Source: Lytechinus pictus
Taxonomy: Eukaryota
NCBI RefSeq assembly: GCF_037042905.1
Contig: NC_087246.1
Location: 620,001-684,000 of the forward strand
Reading direction: 5' to 3'
Length of the DNA: 64,000 nt
Shown here: positions 50,101 through 64,000 of the stretch, piece after piece
Numbering within the stretch: position 1 is the first letter of the stretch
How the letters are laid out: each line of letters opens with the position of its first letter
Notes under the pieces: model-generated
The model's database searches: none
Told to the model about the DNA's origin: nothing
The model's input: only the letters and a program-made list of their open reading frames with translations
Translations under genes and position numbers: made by a program

Positions 50101-53100
50101 CGTGTAAGTTTATCAAAATTAAAGTTTACTGTCAATTGATGCCTTTTTTGGATTACATTTCCCCTGTCATTAGTGTTACAATAACCAGGAAACAAAGCTT
50201 TAAAGAACAAATCAAGTTCTTTTTACCACAACCTCAATCTCCATTGATCAGGAGTACATCCTAGCTCGAGTTGAAGATACCACCCTTTCCCTTGTTTGCT
50301 GTGTTTCTTTTTTTTGAGTGTGTATTCAAATTTTTTATACGAGATCTTGCTTAATACAAGAAAGTACTTTTCCAGGGGCCGCAGAAGAGGAGCCCCCCCC
50401 CCCCACTTTTTTCCAAAACCGTGTACAAAACGTAAAAATGACCATATGATTGTGATTTTTTGCATGGTCAGCCCCCCCCCCCCCCCCCCACTTTGAAAAC
50501 CGTTCCGCGGCCTCTGTTTTTCTAAGTATTAATTTATCAGGATTTCATTTTGCATATTTGTAGTTTATTCTTTGTAAATCTATTATACTTTTTTTATCTA
50601 GTGATGGAGCAAGAGACATTTAAGGTGTTGTTGAAGTTAAAAGAGTCGGTGGATAACCAACGAGATACAATACGAGCACGAGATAATGAGCTCAGATCAA
50701 AGAATCAGGATGTTGAAGCAGTAAGTTTTTTTTATTGATTTGTTATTTCTGAATTCAAGTAATGGAGTATTTAAACCAGCTGGTATTATGTCATTGGAAT
50801 TAATATAATGGATTTTGTTGGGTCTGGAAAGAGATAAGAAAAATAGAAACTTATGAATAAGAGGGTTGCATGGATGAGGTACTTGTGGGAAATATGAAGT
50901 TGTCCAATATATTCCAGAAAACCTTTTTTCCATGTTACGAGATCATTTCTGGTGGCAATAGACTCTTCTTGTATTTATTCTGAAACTGAACAATGCATTA
51001 TTCATGCCTTGACAACATACTTTATTACTTATTGTTTGTTCTTTATATTGGAATAGCGTTCATAGAGTGGATGTATCATTCTGTATAACCAATGAGAGAT
51101 GAGATTCCAACATGCTGACAAGCTATTAGCTCCCTATAGAGTGGGTTAGAGTGGTATACCGTCTGGTTTACCTATGTTTTGATTAATGATGTTATTGATT
51201 CTGACATTACACCTCTCTGATCTACCTCTCTATGCATATACTTAAATGTCAAAGGTCAATTCTGGCATTGTATGAGAGTTTCATAGAGATAAACAGACAC
51301 AATGAAATGAATACCATTACAAGCAATACAAGCAGAATCTTAAACTGCAGTCAAATTATTTTTGCTATCAGATGTTTGTGGTTTTGAGTACCACAGAATA
51401 ATAAGAACAGGTTTTTCACTGCTTTCTACAAATTGACGTTATTTGTGGTTTTGTGGTGAGATTGAATATGGGAATAGAGAATAATTGAGACAGTTTGCAA
51501 TTAATTAGTGCTATACGTATACACCCTCAAATACCATTGATGCACTTGACAAACTGCGTAAAGTGTAAATATTTACAATATTTTGTCTATTTTTCTGCGA
51601 TACCGTGACCTTGTTAATTATATTTTCATGTGTCTGTTTTTCTATTGTTAAATTGTTTTCATCATCCGTTTTATAAAATTTTCAGATTTAATCTAAATGA
51701 TAATGATTAAGCTTTAATAGGGTATTGATCAAAATTGTATTGTTTCAACTTTTTTTCAAAGTTAGGATATTTTCTGGAAAGAAATTAGGACTATATAGTA
51801 ATCAACATGATTTAGGCTGTGGTTTCTTTATGAATAGATTTATAAAGAAAAAAGAATACTGGAAAACTGAAAAATACATCTATTCAATAAATAAATGAAT
51901 TAAATATGAAAGAAGAAAATCTTCTCCCATATCCCCAAGCACAACATGTAGGCCTACATCATGTGGCATACACACAATTATTATTTGGATTATTTTGTGT
52001 TAGTGTGAAATACATAACAATTGCAGCCTTTGCTGGTAGAAACGTCCTTTTCATCAATAATAGATTATCTGTAGAGCACATTGTGACCACATGTATACAT
52101 TCATTAAGCCAATTAATCATTCATTATACCAAGCCACTTGAATTCAGCATTAGTTTCCCATGGCTATTAATCCATGTTGATAGCATCATTGACGTGGATA
52201 ATTAGAGCCTGTATTATACAGTAATGGCAATGAATGACAGCTCCAATTCTACCCATTAACCAGTTAATATCAACCTCAAATATTGTCATCGGGTTTGGAC
52301 CAAAGTTGATAATTGTTATCTTGGCTCCTGTAGGGGAGATCGGGGTTAGTTGGAACGCGGGGTAAGTTGAAACGTTGTAATTTTCTTTAACGCCTGTAAA
52401 AAAGATTTGTGCAATACTGCCCTCAATTTGGGGCAGTATTGCATAAATTTATTGTTGTATTATAATAGCAATAAATTGAGGGCAGTATTGCATACATTTA
52501 TTTTACAGGCGTTAAAGAAAATTACAATGTTTCAACTTACCCCGCGTTCCAGCTAACCTCGATCTCCCCTACTATTTCTGCATATCAGTTGACTCAATTT
52601 TGTTATATCCATATTTTTTTAAAGTATGAAAATTAATAGAAAATTAATGATTGTTTCTATTATGAGGAGAAACAAGATTTGATCCTGGCTTTATGAAAGC
52701 TTTGTACTTAATGCATTGAAATTTGACCAGTTGATTTATGCTTTTTATATTGACATTTTAATGATTACCAGGGAAAATGGGTGGGCAGTTTGAAGTGTCA
52801 AATGCAATGAAATGAATAACCAGGTAGTAATGTCAATCAGGAAATGATTGATATGAAAATAGAGACAACTTCACACCATGTTTAGGGAAATCAAAGGAAG
52901 CTATTTGGAGTAGATTAGATCAGCTTGGAAATGAATTGCTAAAAACCTTGCTAAGTGCAGGAAGGAGATGCATTGTTTGGAGTTAGATAACCTGAATCAT
53001 TGATACGTCAGACTTCATTCCCTGCAGTTACCCATCAAGTCCAGATCCAGATCCTCCTTATTTTTATTTATTTTTTATTTTTTGCTTTTGCAAGAAAATG

Positions 53101-53340
53101 TTCCCTTTGAAGGGATTCTAAAAATATTTGTCATATTTTTTATAAAGTGTGCTCCGGCCCCCATGGAAATCCTGGACTTTCCCTTGCCTATAGATGGTTT
53201 GTTTGCCTATTTCCTAATGACAGAGCAATCTAGATAAATGAAAGTAGTAGTAATAGTCATAGTAGCAGCAGTAGTAGTTGTCATATGGTAGTAATAGCAG
53301 CAGCAGTAGTAGTAGTAGTAGTCGTAGTAGTAGCAGCAGC

Positions 53341-53428
<88 letters not shown>

Positions 53429-53512
53429 CACGTAGTGGCAGTAGTAGCAGCAGTGGTAGCAGTGGTAGTAGTGGTAGTAGTAGTAGTAATAGTAGTAGTA
53501 GTAGTAGTAGTA

Positions 53513-53548
<36 letters not shown>

Positions 53549-56500
53549 ATAGTAGTAGTATATAGTAGTAGTAGTAGTACCGGTAGTAGTAGTAGTAGTA
53601 GTAGTACATGTAGTAGTTGCATCATGTAGTGGGCTAATTGATTTCATTCTTGCACTATTGATTCAATTAGAGACTAATTGACCCATGGTCATCTTGGTCT
53701 TAATGACCATCCCATACATCTGCACAGTCAAGATTGGAAAAGTGTGTGTCTGGAATCATCTATGAACTCCATTGAGAGACTCTGGAGTATCACAAGTCAA
53801 CATGCAGAACATAAAACCATATGAGGGAATAAGTACCAAATTTGGTATTCATGATGGAGTACTGTATTCATTTTTTTTTTGCCAAATCCGTAATTAAGCC
53901 AAAATATTTGGGGAAAAAACACAAAGAAGAAAACAGCCAATTTTGAATAGGAAAACTAAATATAACTTAACAAAAATTATGATTTTTCCAAAACCACATA
54001 TTAATGCTGTGAAATGCTGACATCATTTGCCAATAAAATTGTCTTGTCCTAATCTGAGCATTGTATGACATTCAATCTCTGTAGGCCTTTTAGGTTAGGG
54101 CCTTTCGCAATCCTCACGGACGCTAATATTAGGGTCCCCTAACACAAAAGTTAACCTTTTTATCATACACTTGATTTTTAAGATTGATTGTACATTATAG
54201 TCAATAGAATCAAACGTAGGAAACTGCTCTACAATCAATGCTAAGCTTTGTGTTACAGGGGGTTACAGGCCCTACAGATCTGCTTTGCGTGTGCAAAATT
54301 CTTTCCTGCGACACCCGCACCATACATGCATGTACATTACGACTGATGGCTGGAGATATTCGAAATGCAGGACCTACAATAGATTATGACATGGATAAGA
54401 AAGTGGTTTTCAAACAAATCGAGAACATATAGAGTGAGGAAAAAGTTACTGAATTAAGGCTTAGATATATATAAGGCTGATATATAGTCCATCGAATCGA
54501 TATTGCATTTAATGTGGATTATATGTGGATCTCTGGCAATTGATTCCATGGGTCAAATCACCTCTCCAGCCGAAACCATTTCGCATGCGTTGATTATGTA
54601 CACAGCATGTATACGTCTGAACACGTACCAGCCAAATTAGCGGGGTTTTTTCTTTTGTTTACTCCTACACATACGATATGCCTCTAGCACACAATGTAAT
54701 GGGCATTTTGTTTTACTTTCCCCAGAAATGGGGATTAGATTCGAATTCCTGGGGGGACCACTTCCATTGATGAGTGGATACCAGGCACGACCATGCGGTT
54801 TCGAAAAGCACCCTAAACAAGCTAGGGAAGCAAGGCTTTTCCAGATTATGAAAATGCATCTCTTAACAAGTATTTAGCTTGTGAAACCTTACAAGTATTG
54901 AAAACATATCCTCCTTTTCAGTATTTTAAACATCGTTTTTGACACCCTTATAACGTTACATAGGCCTATACGTAACGTACTTGCCCACTCTTTCCCTTTT
55001 TACGCGTGGTCGCGCCTGGTATCCACTCTTCAATGGAAGTGGGCCCCCCGGGCGGCCTCTCGAGCTCTGGGAGGAACCAAATGTGGCTTTGGAAAGTCGT
55101 CCTAAATCGGATATATCGCTGTTACCATAGTAGCAACCCGAATTTTGCACACGAAACGCAGATTGGATGTTTCCGTTCCAGATGCGAAAAGAAAAAAAAT
55201 CTCATGTCACACAATTTGCATTGCAGGACAGAGTTTTACGACCATGACGACGGGCCCAAAAGTCTCTTCCAAAATCAACTACCGTTGCAAATAAGCGTTC
55301 GCGTTCTCCAACGAAAGGTCGGGATTGTTGCAGATCTAGGAATCCTATCCCCCCCCCCCCCCGTAAAACTTAAAATATGATTGAAAAATGAAGACATCGG
55401 AAATTATTTTTATTGGGGGAAGGAGTGTAGTAGCGTTGACCCTTTATAGTCATAAATCTTTTGAAGAAAGAGTATTTTGTGCTTTGTTGGCTCCCCTGCT
55501 GAACAATCCTTGATCCACTGCTATTTGTGTGAACTGAAATTCATAGATGTGTATACCAATCTGTGTTAGGAATGAGATATACATGTGTGTCATTATACCC
55601 TAATCAAATTGTTTAGAAAGGTCATTGGTTGGGTATCAGGGAAGATCTTAAAGATAGTGATCAACAAGTATATATACATCTTCTACCTTCCTTTAAAAAA
55701 TTAAGATTGTTAAGAAATTAATTATCAGACCCCCTCTTCTGTCAACCCCCCCCCCCCAAAAAAAAGGATTTACTCACAATTTGATATTGCTGATGAGTGG
55801 GTACACTTTGAAATATCACTAAATTTAAGCACTTTGAAATGTGCCATTAAATACTTCACAGATTTTGTTTTTCAATGGAATATGAAAATTTGGATATATG
55901 CCCAGACTTTCAATTTGCATGTTTGAAATTTAGCCAGGTTAATTAGAGGAATTTAGAAGCTAAACTTTGTACCCTACAAGTTTGGTAAACTACATTTGTT
56001 TTGTATCTATGTTCCAGCAAACTCCACAATAATGATATATGCAGTGTCTTTGAAAGATCACAGTGCAGCTTAATTTATGACTTGTGTAAAGTTGTTAAGA
56101 CTTGTTTCTAACCTGTTATTTAATTGAAAAGAATATGATGTCAGGTTGTCTTATCCCTGAGTCCCCCCCCCCCCCCGATCAATATCCCCTGGCGCTGCCC
56201 ATGCTATAAATATCAATTTTCTTTTATCCTGAAGAAAAACTTGAGATCAAATCCTCAGTGTGAAAGATCATTTTCTGGTATTTTCTTTTGGAATATCACA
56301 ATATCCAGTTTTCAATATACCAGATGTTTAATTTATTCCATGCAGTGTATGCAACTCCTAAGGGGGTTTTATACTGGTTAGTCTGTCATGGCTTCTATTA
56401 CAAGTGAAACATGCTCCCAGACAGATGATTTTGATATAATATATCTTTCACTTTCATGTTTAAAGTACTATAAAGTATGGTTTAGTTTATTCCAGGGGCA

Positions 56501-59500
56501 TGAAGGTTTGTTATCTTGATTGTTTCTGTTTCATGATCTTTATTTTGTTTTCTGGTTTTGCTCTTCATAACTCTGTTTTTATGATGTGTACTGTCACTAA
56601 ATCGTTAAGATACATGTAAGTGTACAAAGTGTTTTAGAAGGAAAATAAGAACATTACAGAGAGGTGACAAGTAATGTCCTAAAATGTAAAATCCTTATTT
56701 TCACAAAGAATCAATGGAAGAATTTAACATTATGGTCACTTCTTTTAAGTAGAAATTGGATGACAATGCAATATGATTGAAATTAATATAGCTCGACCAG
56801 AGTTAGACAAGCTTTAATTTCCTGTAGGCCTATTAACTAAATATCCTTAAGTTATACAATAATAAAAAACCTACCAGGACCTTTCAGAGAGTAAACACTG
56901 AGGGAGGTGACTCAACTTTATTGCTCTTTAAATGTGCTCCTGCTAAAATATGATAGAAAGGGTAGCTTTTGTAGTTACCATACTGCATACACCAATATTA
57001 CTTTTAAAAGACTTTATAAAAGAAATGAGGCAAAGTGCATGAATAACGAACTCTTATATTAATCCTTGGTATATTAATTATATACATTAATTCCCCCTAT
57101 GATATTCCCTTTCTTTTTCTTCCTAAATCCCCTCCCCCTCTCTCTCTCCCTCCCCTCTCCCCCCTTCTCTCTCTCCCTCCCCCTCTCCCCCCCCTTCTCT
57201 CCATCTCCCTCCCCTCTCTCTCTCTCTCTTTCCCTCTTCCCTACACAGTTGCAGCAACAGGTTGATAGACTTGCCAAAGTCAATAGCAACTTGAGACGGA
57301 AACAGGAGCTAGTTGAGAGTCATTCAAGGAACTTGATCCGTCAGAAGTCCACCCTACAGGTTGATGTGATGAGACTTAATAAAAACCTGATAGAACAGAA
57401 GACTATGGCAGATACTGATGACATTGATGGCGGTATGAAGGATACTCCTCAGGCAAGTGGTTCTATATTCTACAGGCATGCCGAGGAGAAACTATCCTTA
57501 CATTCTAAAATCACAACAGATTTTATAGAAAACCTTCCATACTCCCTTAAAAATTGATACACTAAACAAATTTAAAAACGCTCTCTAGACTTGCTTTAAA
57601 AAACACACCTAAATCTGAAAAATGAACTTTCATTAATACCTCTTTTTTTTTTTTTTTTTTTCTGAAATGGATTTAGACATAATTACATTATGTGATATGG
57701 CTATAGTATACTGACTATTATCATTAATAATAATGATAATAATAAAAAAAAGGATTATGAAAAAAATAATGATGAAATAACAATAACCATAAATATTATC
57801 ATTATGATGTAATTACAGAACTTTATGAAAGCATATAATTGCAAGCGGTTTACTCAATTGCACCCCTGGATTTGAAGTCAAAGTATCTTCCTTTAAACTG
57901 ATTATATTATTAGAATTTAGTGGTATGGGCCAGTATTCTCAATCTTAATCTTTTAATATTTTTTAACGAATCTTCTTTTAGAAATCTGAATATTTATAGG
58001 CCTACAATATGAATGTTAACAGACAAAATCATGAACTCAATTAAAGATGTTAAATACATAATAATTAATCACATGGGCAAACAAAGTTTTTCTTTTGCTG
58101 GAGCATTCATTTGGAACAATCTACCTAATTTTTTAAGAAATGCTCAATCCGAATCCTCATTTAGTCTTTTATTTTGGCGTTATAATAGTCTTAATTTATA
58201 AACTGGCCCTTTGTGTTGTTCTTTTCTTTACAGTTTGTTCGTTTCAACTTACATTGTACACTTTTTATACCCATGTTTGTTATATGTTTGTATTTTTGTT
58301 GTAGGGCCTCCAAGGACAACAGTATATCAATTACTGATGGAGCCACCCTACTAAAAAAAGACTTATAAATAAAATAAAATAAATAAATAAAACATTCATA
58401 AACTCTTAATTCCTTTACAGGTAGACAATAAAGACGGAGAGAATAAGGTGTGTTTTGATCCTCATGATCCTGATCGACCACGTTTCACTTTGAATGAACT
58501 CAAGAAGGTTCTAATAGAGAGAGATGAGATGCATCTTAAAGTAGTAGCTTTAGAAGAAGAACTGGAAAGTTACAAGTGAGATTGATTTTTCATTCATATT
58601 GATAAACCTAATTAAACTTTTAAATTCGAAATGATGATCATGCCATCTGTTCCAGTGAACCACTTCAAATTGCGGTGATAATTTTTTTAAATAATTGCTT
58701 ATTATTTAAATATATTTGTCACACCCAGTCCAGGTGAGATAAATGGGTACACTGCAGGAATTAACACTGAAATGCCAAAGCTGGAGTAATAATATGCAGT
58801 GCGTAGAAATGATGTATCAAGCGCTATCTAAATGTTGCATATTATTATTAGGTATTACCATTTTGGTGGGAGTTTCTGTAAAACAGCCTTCTAATATTTA
58901 GCTCTAAAATGCATTTCATTTAATTACCTAGTTTTGTCATCTTAGTACACAATTGAGACATAGCAATTGCAAGGAACTTTGACATAGAACCATGCTTGAT
59001 CCACATTCCAAATTGCTATTTTTTCATTGCGTTTCCACTCTTAGATTTTAAATAGAGTCTGTAATTCAGATGTCATCAATCTAACTGCGCCATTAGAATA
59101 ACACTGAAAAGACTAGTTATAAAGTTGATTCCACTACTCTGTTCTGGTTGAGTAGTTGTATACCAGAGGAAAGAGACTCTTTTAAGTCTCTTGAGACTAT
59201 AGTCCATGTTTCCCGATTTTGCAATGAAAAAAGGACAATGTCAACAATGCCCAATGAAGACCAATTGTTGCGCACACACAACTATCTATTAACTAATTAG
59301 AATATTTTTTTGATATTGATTGCAAATCTTTGTTACCAAGTCCAAATGAGATCAATAGGTGTCTTCACACCAACTCAAAATTCGAGAATTCTGGGTATTC
59401 TCTGATTGGGAAATTTGTCCTGATCTACTCTGATCAGAAAATACAAGGTATTTTTGGCAACGTGAAAGCAAAATACTCTTAATATTCCAGAAAGAAAATA

Positions 59501-61556
59501 CCCGCTAAATAAAAGGTACTTGTCAAAATTACGGAAAATGCTGTAGGGATATTTTCAAGGTTGCAGGTATTCTCGCAATTGGTGTGAAAGTAAATTACGA
59601 GAACTTCTTCAACCCAGGGAGTAGTTGGGCACTGGCACCATGTGTGGCTGCTGAGCAAGCAATTTTAATCACGTGCTTCAGACCATACTGCACATGCTCA
59701 TAAATTTGAGAACTTATCCCGAGAGGGTCTACTTTGGGTCAGTATGAATTCGGAAAATAATATTTGTGTATTTTGAGGCATGAACAAGTTCTCATAAATT
59801 TATGGGTATTCTAGTGATCAAGTCGGTCTGAATATCCTAGTGATTTTTTTTTTATTGGAGCTCAGGGTTGCATTGCAGTGATTTTTTATAAAGCCTTTAA
59901 GATCAAGAATTTTTATATCAACATAGATGTAGATGTAGTAGGGGCTAACCTAGATTTAGCATTATGAGTTCTTCTTATAATTATGTCTTCAGTTCAAAAC
60001 ATTTTTTTGTTTCTCTTTTGTTTGGTTTTGTGTGTATTAATGTTATTTACAGATCTGAAGAAGACCAGACAGGATCCATGGCAAATACTTCCTCATCGTG
60101 TCATCAAGAAGAAAACTCTGGGAAAAACAAACCATCAGGAATCAGAAAATTGTACGTATACTCCTTCTTTATTTTATGAGTAAGTGAAATATAATTAGAT
60201 TGGGCTTGAACCATGAGTATAGACCTACTCTCTCTTGATGATTTTTTGTATATGAAAACATGAGAAGTCAGTTGGATCAGTGATCATACAGCCATAGAAA
60301 GTAACATGTTTTAGGTAATAGAAGATGTAAGGAATAACCATGATTTGTTGATTTGCTGATTATTTGTGCACTGTATGAATGAAATAAGAGAACACAGTAT
60401 CATTTATTTTCAATGCACTTCAAAATGCACAGAGATAATGCACAAATTGAATTATGTCACTGTAAGCCATTGGAATTATCTGTGAGTTCAGCTCACATTA
60501 ATAAAGACTCTTACATGCCAGGTTGTATTCAATGGGATAATTATACTAACAGAAAACACAAATATAAATAGGAAAAGTTCCTTTGCAATGCAGAATCAAA
60601 GACCAGCAATTATTTAAAAAAAAATGAAAATTTGATTAAATTCTGCAGTAATAAAAGAGAAGAATACTTGGAAAGTATACTCTAAAGGATTGGCAGATCA
60701 AGCATTTCTGAGGGGAGCATTTCTGTTCTGAAAAATCTGACAAGCCCCCCCCCCCCCCAAAAAAAAAGGACGAAATGTCTTCACTCCCAAATAAAGGTAA
60801 TTTATATCACCAAAAAAAAATTGATAAGCAAAAAACAAAAAAAACGTCTTCACTTGCATGTGCAAGTGAAGACGTTTTCCACAAAATATTCATTATTTTA
60901 TTTTGTTTTCCACAAAATATTCATTATTGATGTTTTCCACAAAATATTCATTATTTTATTTTGTTTTCCACAAAATATTCATTATTTTACTTTGTTTTCC
61001 ACAAAATATTCATTATTGCTCTCAAAAGGGTGGATGGTACAGGCCAGATATGCCCCCCCCCTCTCTATCTTTTTCTTCACTCTCTCATTTACCCCTCCCC
61101 TTTCCCCTTTTCCCTTTCACCTTTCCATCTCTCCTTTCCTTTTCCATCCCTGACTCCCTTCCCTCCTCTTCCCCATCCCCATCCTGGAGATCAACATCTT
61201 TCGATTTCTGACACCACACTGTGCAATGATAATTTGAAGAATATCAAACAGAGATCATGGGATATAGGCTCAATTTAAATTTCAAGCTTGTAGAACTTAA
61301 TAAAAAGCCCTTCACTTTGTTGTTTAGACTTTTATTATGGAGTATACTTGATGGAATTTCAACTTCATGACTCAAGAGAAACTATTGGTATGACATATAT
61401 TTTTTAGATATGATTGTTTGGAATGTAGTATTTATCAGTATTGTACTTGCACGTACACAATTGTGTAACATGACAATTTTCTTTTTTATGAACAGATTTG
61501 CTGAAGCCATTATGTACATCAATCACAAAGATAAACTGATTCTTGGCAAAAAATAA
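47149..61556 (+). CDS. RILPL1: RILP-like protein (RH1 and RH2 domains), 7 exons, 357 aa
   Basis: Exons 47149-47448, 48739-48874, 50602-50720, 57249-57452 (GC donor), 58421-58575, 60053-60151, 61496-61556; total 1074 nt. RH1-like VYELAADAGRECQQLIEQFG...IISILEHLE; coiled coil LKLKESVDNQRDTIRARDNEL...DVEALQQQVDRLAKVN; RH2 DPDRPRFTLNELKKVLIERDE...LEEELESYK; C-terminal SGIRKLF. The last exon is the least certain. Confidence 0.85.
47937..48542. mobile_element. Kolobok-type MITE, copy 3 (RILPL intron 1)
   Basis: TTAA|TGGTCAAGTCCACCCC ... GGGGTGGACTTGTCCT|TTAA. Confidence 0.9.
48898..49127. repeat. (CAT)-based microsatellite with a 39-bp higher-order period
   Basis: CATCAACATCATCACCATCTACATCAACATCACCATCATCATAAT-like blocks recur. 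Confidence 0.85.
52330..52572. mobile_element. About 240-bp foldback (palindromic) MITE
   Basis: GTAGGGGAGATCGGGGTTAGTTGGAACGCGGGGTAAGTTGAAAC... is mirrored by ...GTTTCAACTTACCCCGCGTTCCAGCTAACCTCGATCTCCCCTAC, with arms of about 100 bp. Confidence 0.85.
53243..53618. repeat. (AGT/AGC)n microsatellite
   Basis: Direct reading; explains the homopolymer ORFs at 53207-53647. Confidence 0.97.
54748..55052. mobile_element. About 300-bp MITE
   Basis: TIR GGGGGGACCACTTCCATTGATGAGTGGATACCAGGCACGACCA / TGGTCGCGCCTGGTATCCACTCTTCAATGGAAGTGGGCCCCCC. Confidence 0.8.
57105..57242. repeat. CT-rich low-complexity tract forming the polypyrimidine tract of RILPL exon 4
   Basis: Direct reading; ends just before the acceptor ACACAG|TTG at 57248/9. 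Confidence 0.85.
58060..58392 (+). mobile_element. 5'-truncated CR1/L2-like 3' end in RILPL intron 4
   Basis: ORF2 C-terminal remnant MGKQSFSFAGAFIWNNLP, a 3' UTR, and an (AAAT)n tail. Confidence 0.7.
60873..61017. repeat. Minisatellite of about 25-33 bp (GTTTTCCACAAAATATTCATTATT), 5 copies
   Basis: Direct reading. Confidence 0.9.
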
Positions 61557-64000
61557 ATCTATTCCTCAGTGTAAGGGTAAAAAAAAAATTTAAGATTTGT
61601 TTCCATTGCTCTAACCAGACAGCTGCATGTATAATTCATAGTGCATTCAAAACTAACAGTTTCACTAGTTGCAAGCAGGGATTTAAGAACTTTAGATGAA
61701 GCCCAATCTGTGCAAAATTACTGAACGATTACTGCTGATCACATATTTACAAAAAAGACTCCAGAGAGGTAAATGATGATATGATTAATATTAATGAACA
61801 GACCAAGATTGCACTCTGAACCCTTGAAGGCAATAGAACTTATAATGCATGCATCATTTGAAGTGATTGCTTACTAATGGCCAATAGGTGGCGCTGTAAA
61901 TTATGAATCCATAATTTTTTTGTTGCTACATTGATGCAGGCTAGAGGTGGCATATAGATTGTGGGGTCGTGGCATAGATCAGATTCTTCATGAAAAAGCT
62001 CATGTTCGTTTTCTTATGTTGCTACCTTTCTTTATTTTTGGTGCTTTTATATTATTTTTTTATTAATTTCAGTTTGTTTAATTGTGTATGCTTTGGGAAT
62101 GTAAATAAATAGCTTGAAAAGTGTTGTACATTTAGATGTTTAATCTCTTAAATATGATTTGATTTTTATTTAACTCATTTTCATTGAATTTTTACTTGTA
62201 CTTGTCAAGTTATCTTAGTTCACATGTTAATAACTTTTTCAATATTACATTATGAATATCTGTAACTGTCAGAAGGCTGCAACTTTTTCAATGATATTCA
62301 ATACATAATATTCATTTCTTAATATTTTTATTTTATGCATTAACAAAAACAGCAGAGATTAGGCTTAAAAATGTGATCTTATGAAATGATTCTTTATTCT
62401 ATTGTCATCATGTCTGTATTCTTTAACTTAAATAACTATTTATTATCATTTGGAATGGAACATTTCTGATCTTGTAATTCTATTGAATACCACAGAGAGT
62501 GCCTTGCACTAAGGCTACTTATCTCATGATGTTCCTGATAGAATTCTGTTTTTAACAATGTACTCACCATAACAAACAGAATAGCCAGGATTCATTCATT
62601 TCATAGTGTTTTGTTTATATAGTGGGTTTCCCTTTTCTCTCATTTGCATTCATTAGTCACAGTTCTCACATTATAGTGTTTGATTTACATCATTGTCAAT
62701 TGTTTCACTTCCAGTCACATGATGATTTTGTATTATTTAAATTTAAATTAAATCATAAACTAAACTAGGTTTTCTTTGTTAGTTCAATAACAGTATGTGG
62801 TGTCAATTGGGCAACCTTGAATTGCATTTGTTCACCAGCAGGTACTAGGTTTGAAGACAGACATTTTTCCTCTTTTGTAATTTACCCTTTCTTGTACTTC
62901 TCCTAGTTCTCTAAGCGCCTTGAGCATTTAATCAAAATGGAAAAGACGCTATATAAATCATATGTATTTTTATTATTATTATTAAGTGACAATAACAACA
63001 AATGAAATCAATTCTACATGTCATTTGAATGTACATGTAGCCATGATAAAAATGATTAAGTGAAAACAGCATAGGTCTGCGATTGACTTTTTCCACAATT
63101 ATCTGTTAAGAGTTTGAAAGAAAGTTTATAAATAATACACTATTTCGACAACAAGGAGTAAGTGAGGTATTGACTACAATTGAGTTTATAATGTGTTTAA
63201 AATTAATTTCTTCTTTTAACTCAAAATTTTATAGAGAAAACTGAAAACTGATCCAGTTATGAGATAATGCTGGTTAACCATTGTGCTAATGTATTGATGT
63301 TCATAAAGATCGTAAACACATGCGTTTGGTGCTAGTATACATGCTTCATTTTGTCAAACTAGGGCAGAATAGCTGCAGGAGTAAAGTCAATACTTCACTG
63401 GGTTTAAGGTCCAATGTGCAAATAAAAAAAAATGAATTGGGAATATGTTCACAGAGAGAAAAACAATGGGCTGTTTTCTTACACTGAAGAAGAAATAATG
63501 CTAATTTCTGTCTGTTTCACTTTTAAAATAGTTTTGCAGAGATTTGAATATTTTTTTTCTATTAAAGCAGGTGATATATTTGACTGGTGAACATACTGAT
63601 AAATTCAATCTGTCAAATCATGTTATAATGACTTAATACTTTTGTTTTACAGGAATTTAACTTTAGATTTAGCTTATAAACACAGTCTGTTTGGTTACGT
63701 GACAAACATATTTTCAGTTTAATTAGTGATAGACTTCCAGTGCTTGTTCATGATTCATGATTTTCTTTCCATGTGGTTTGGTTTTCCCACAGATGTTATT
63801 CCTATCTGAGCATGATTGATATGAATGTTTGCAAGAGATAACTAATTGATATGATGCATGTAGGAATGTAATAACCCTATGATTAAATTTAAGGAATCAT
63901 TAATTATTTATTTGTTTAAATAATTGCTAGAATTATTGAATACGAGTACTATTTTGTTATTTGGATTTGGTTATCATGCTTGAACTATTGAACAATAAAA

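Noticed and set aside
53207..53647. Poly-Y/L/S/T/V ORFs
   Set aside because: These are translations of an (AGT)n microsatellite.
57432..57438. GT donor (G|GTATGA) for RILPL exon 4
   Set aside because: It is phase 1 and incompatible with the phase-0 RH2 exon.

Overview
AT-rich, intron-containing animal genomic DNA, not prokaryotic. The repeat landscape and gene content suggest a marine invertebrate, plausibly a sea urchin; this is an inference. I assembled four spliced protein-coding genes by hand, with consistent splice phases. (1) A minus-strand 13-exon HERC3/4-like HECT E3 ubiquitin ligase (23880->6885, 673 aa). It appears to lack the N-terminal RCC1-like domain and has two identical NF-kB-type palindromes upstream. 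(2) A minus-strand 3-exon histamine N-methyltransferase-like gene (31796->29699, 300 aa). (3) A plus-strand 4-exon clan-2 cytochrome P450 (35394-41756, about 530 aa), divergent from gene 2, with an atypical I-helix (GGWQTT). (4) A plus-strand 7-exon RILP-like gene (47149-61556, 357 aa) with a probable GC-AG intron. The rest is a dense and often nested mix of decayed LINEs (CR1/L2-like, Tx1/L1-like), a defective Tc1 element, tRNA-derived SINEs, a Helentron-type HINE, microsatellites, and MITEs with Kolobok-, piggyBac-, Harbinger- and hAT-type signatures. Most entries in the supplied ORF track are spurious or are exon/intron read-throughs.
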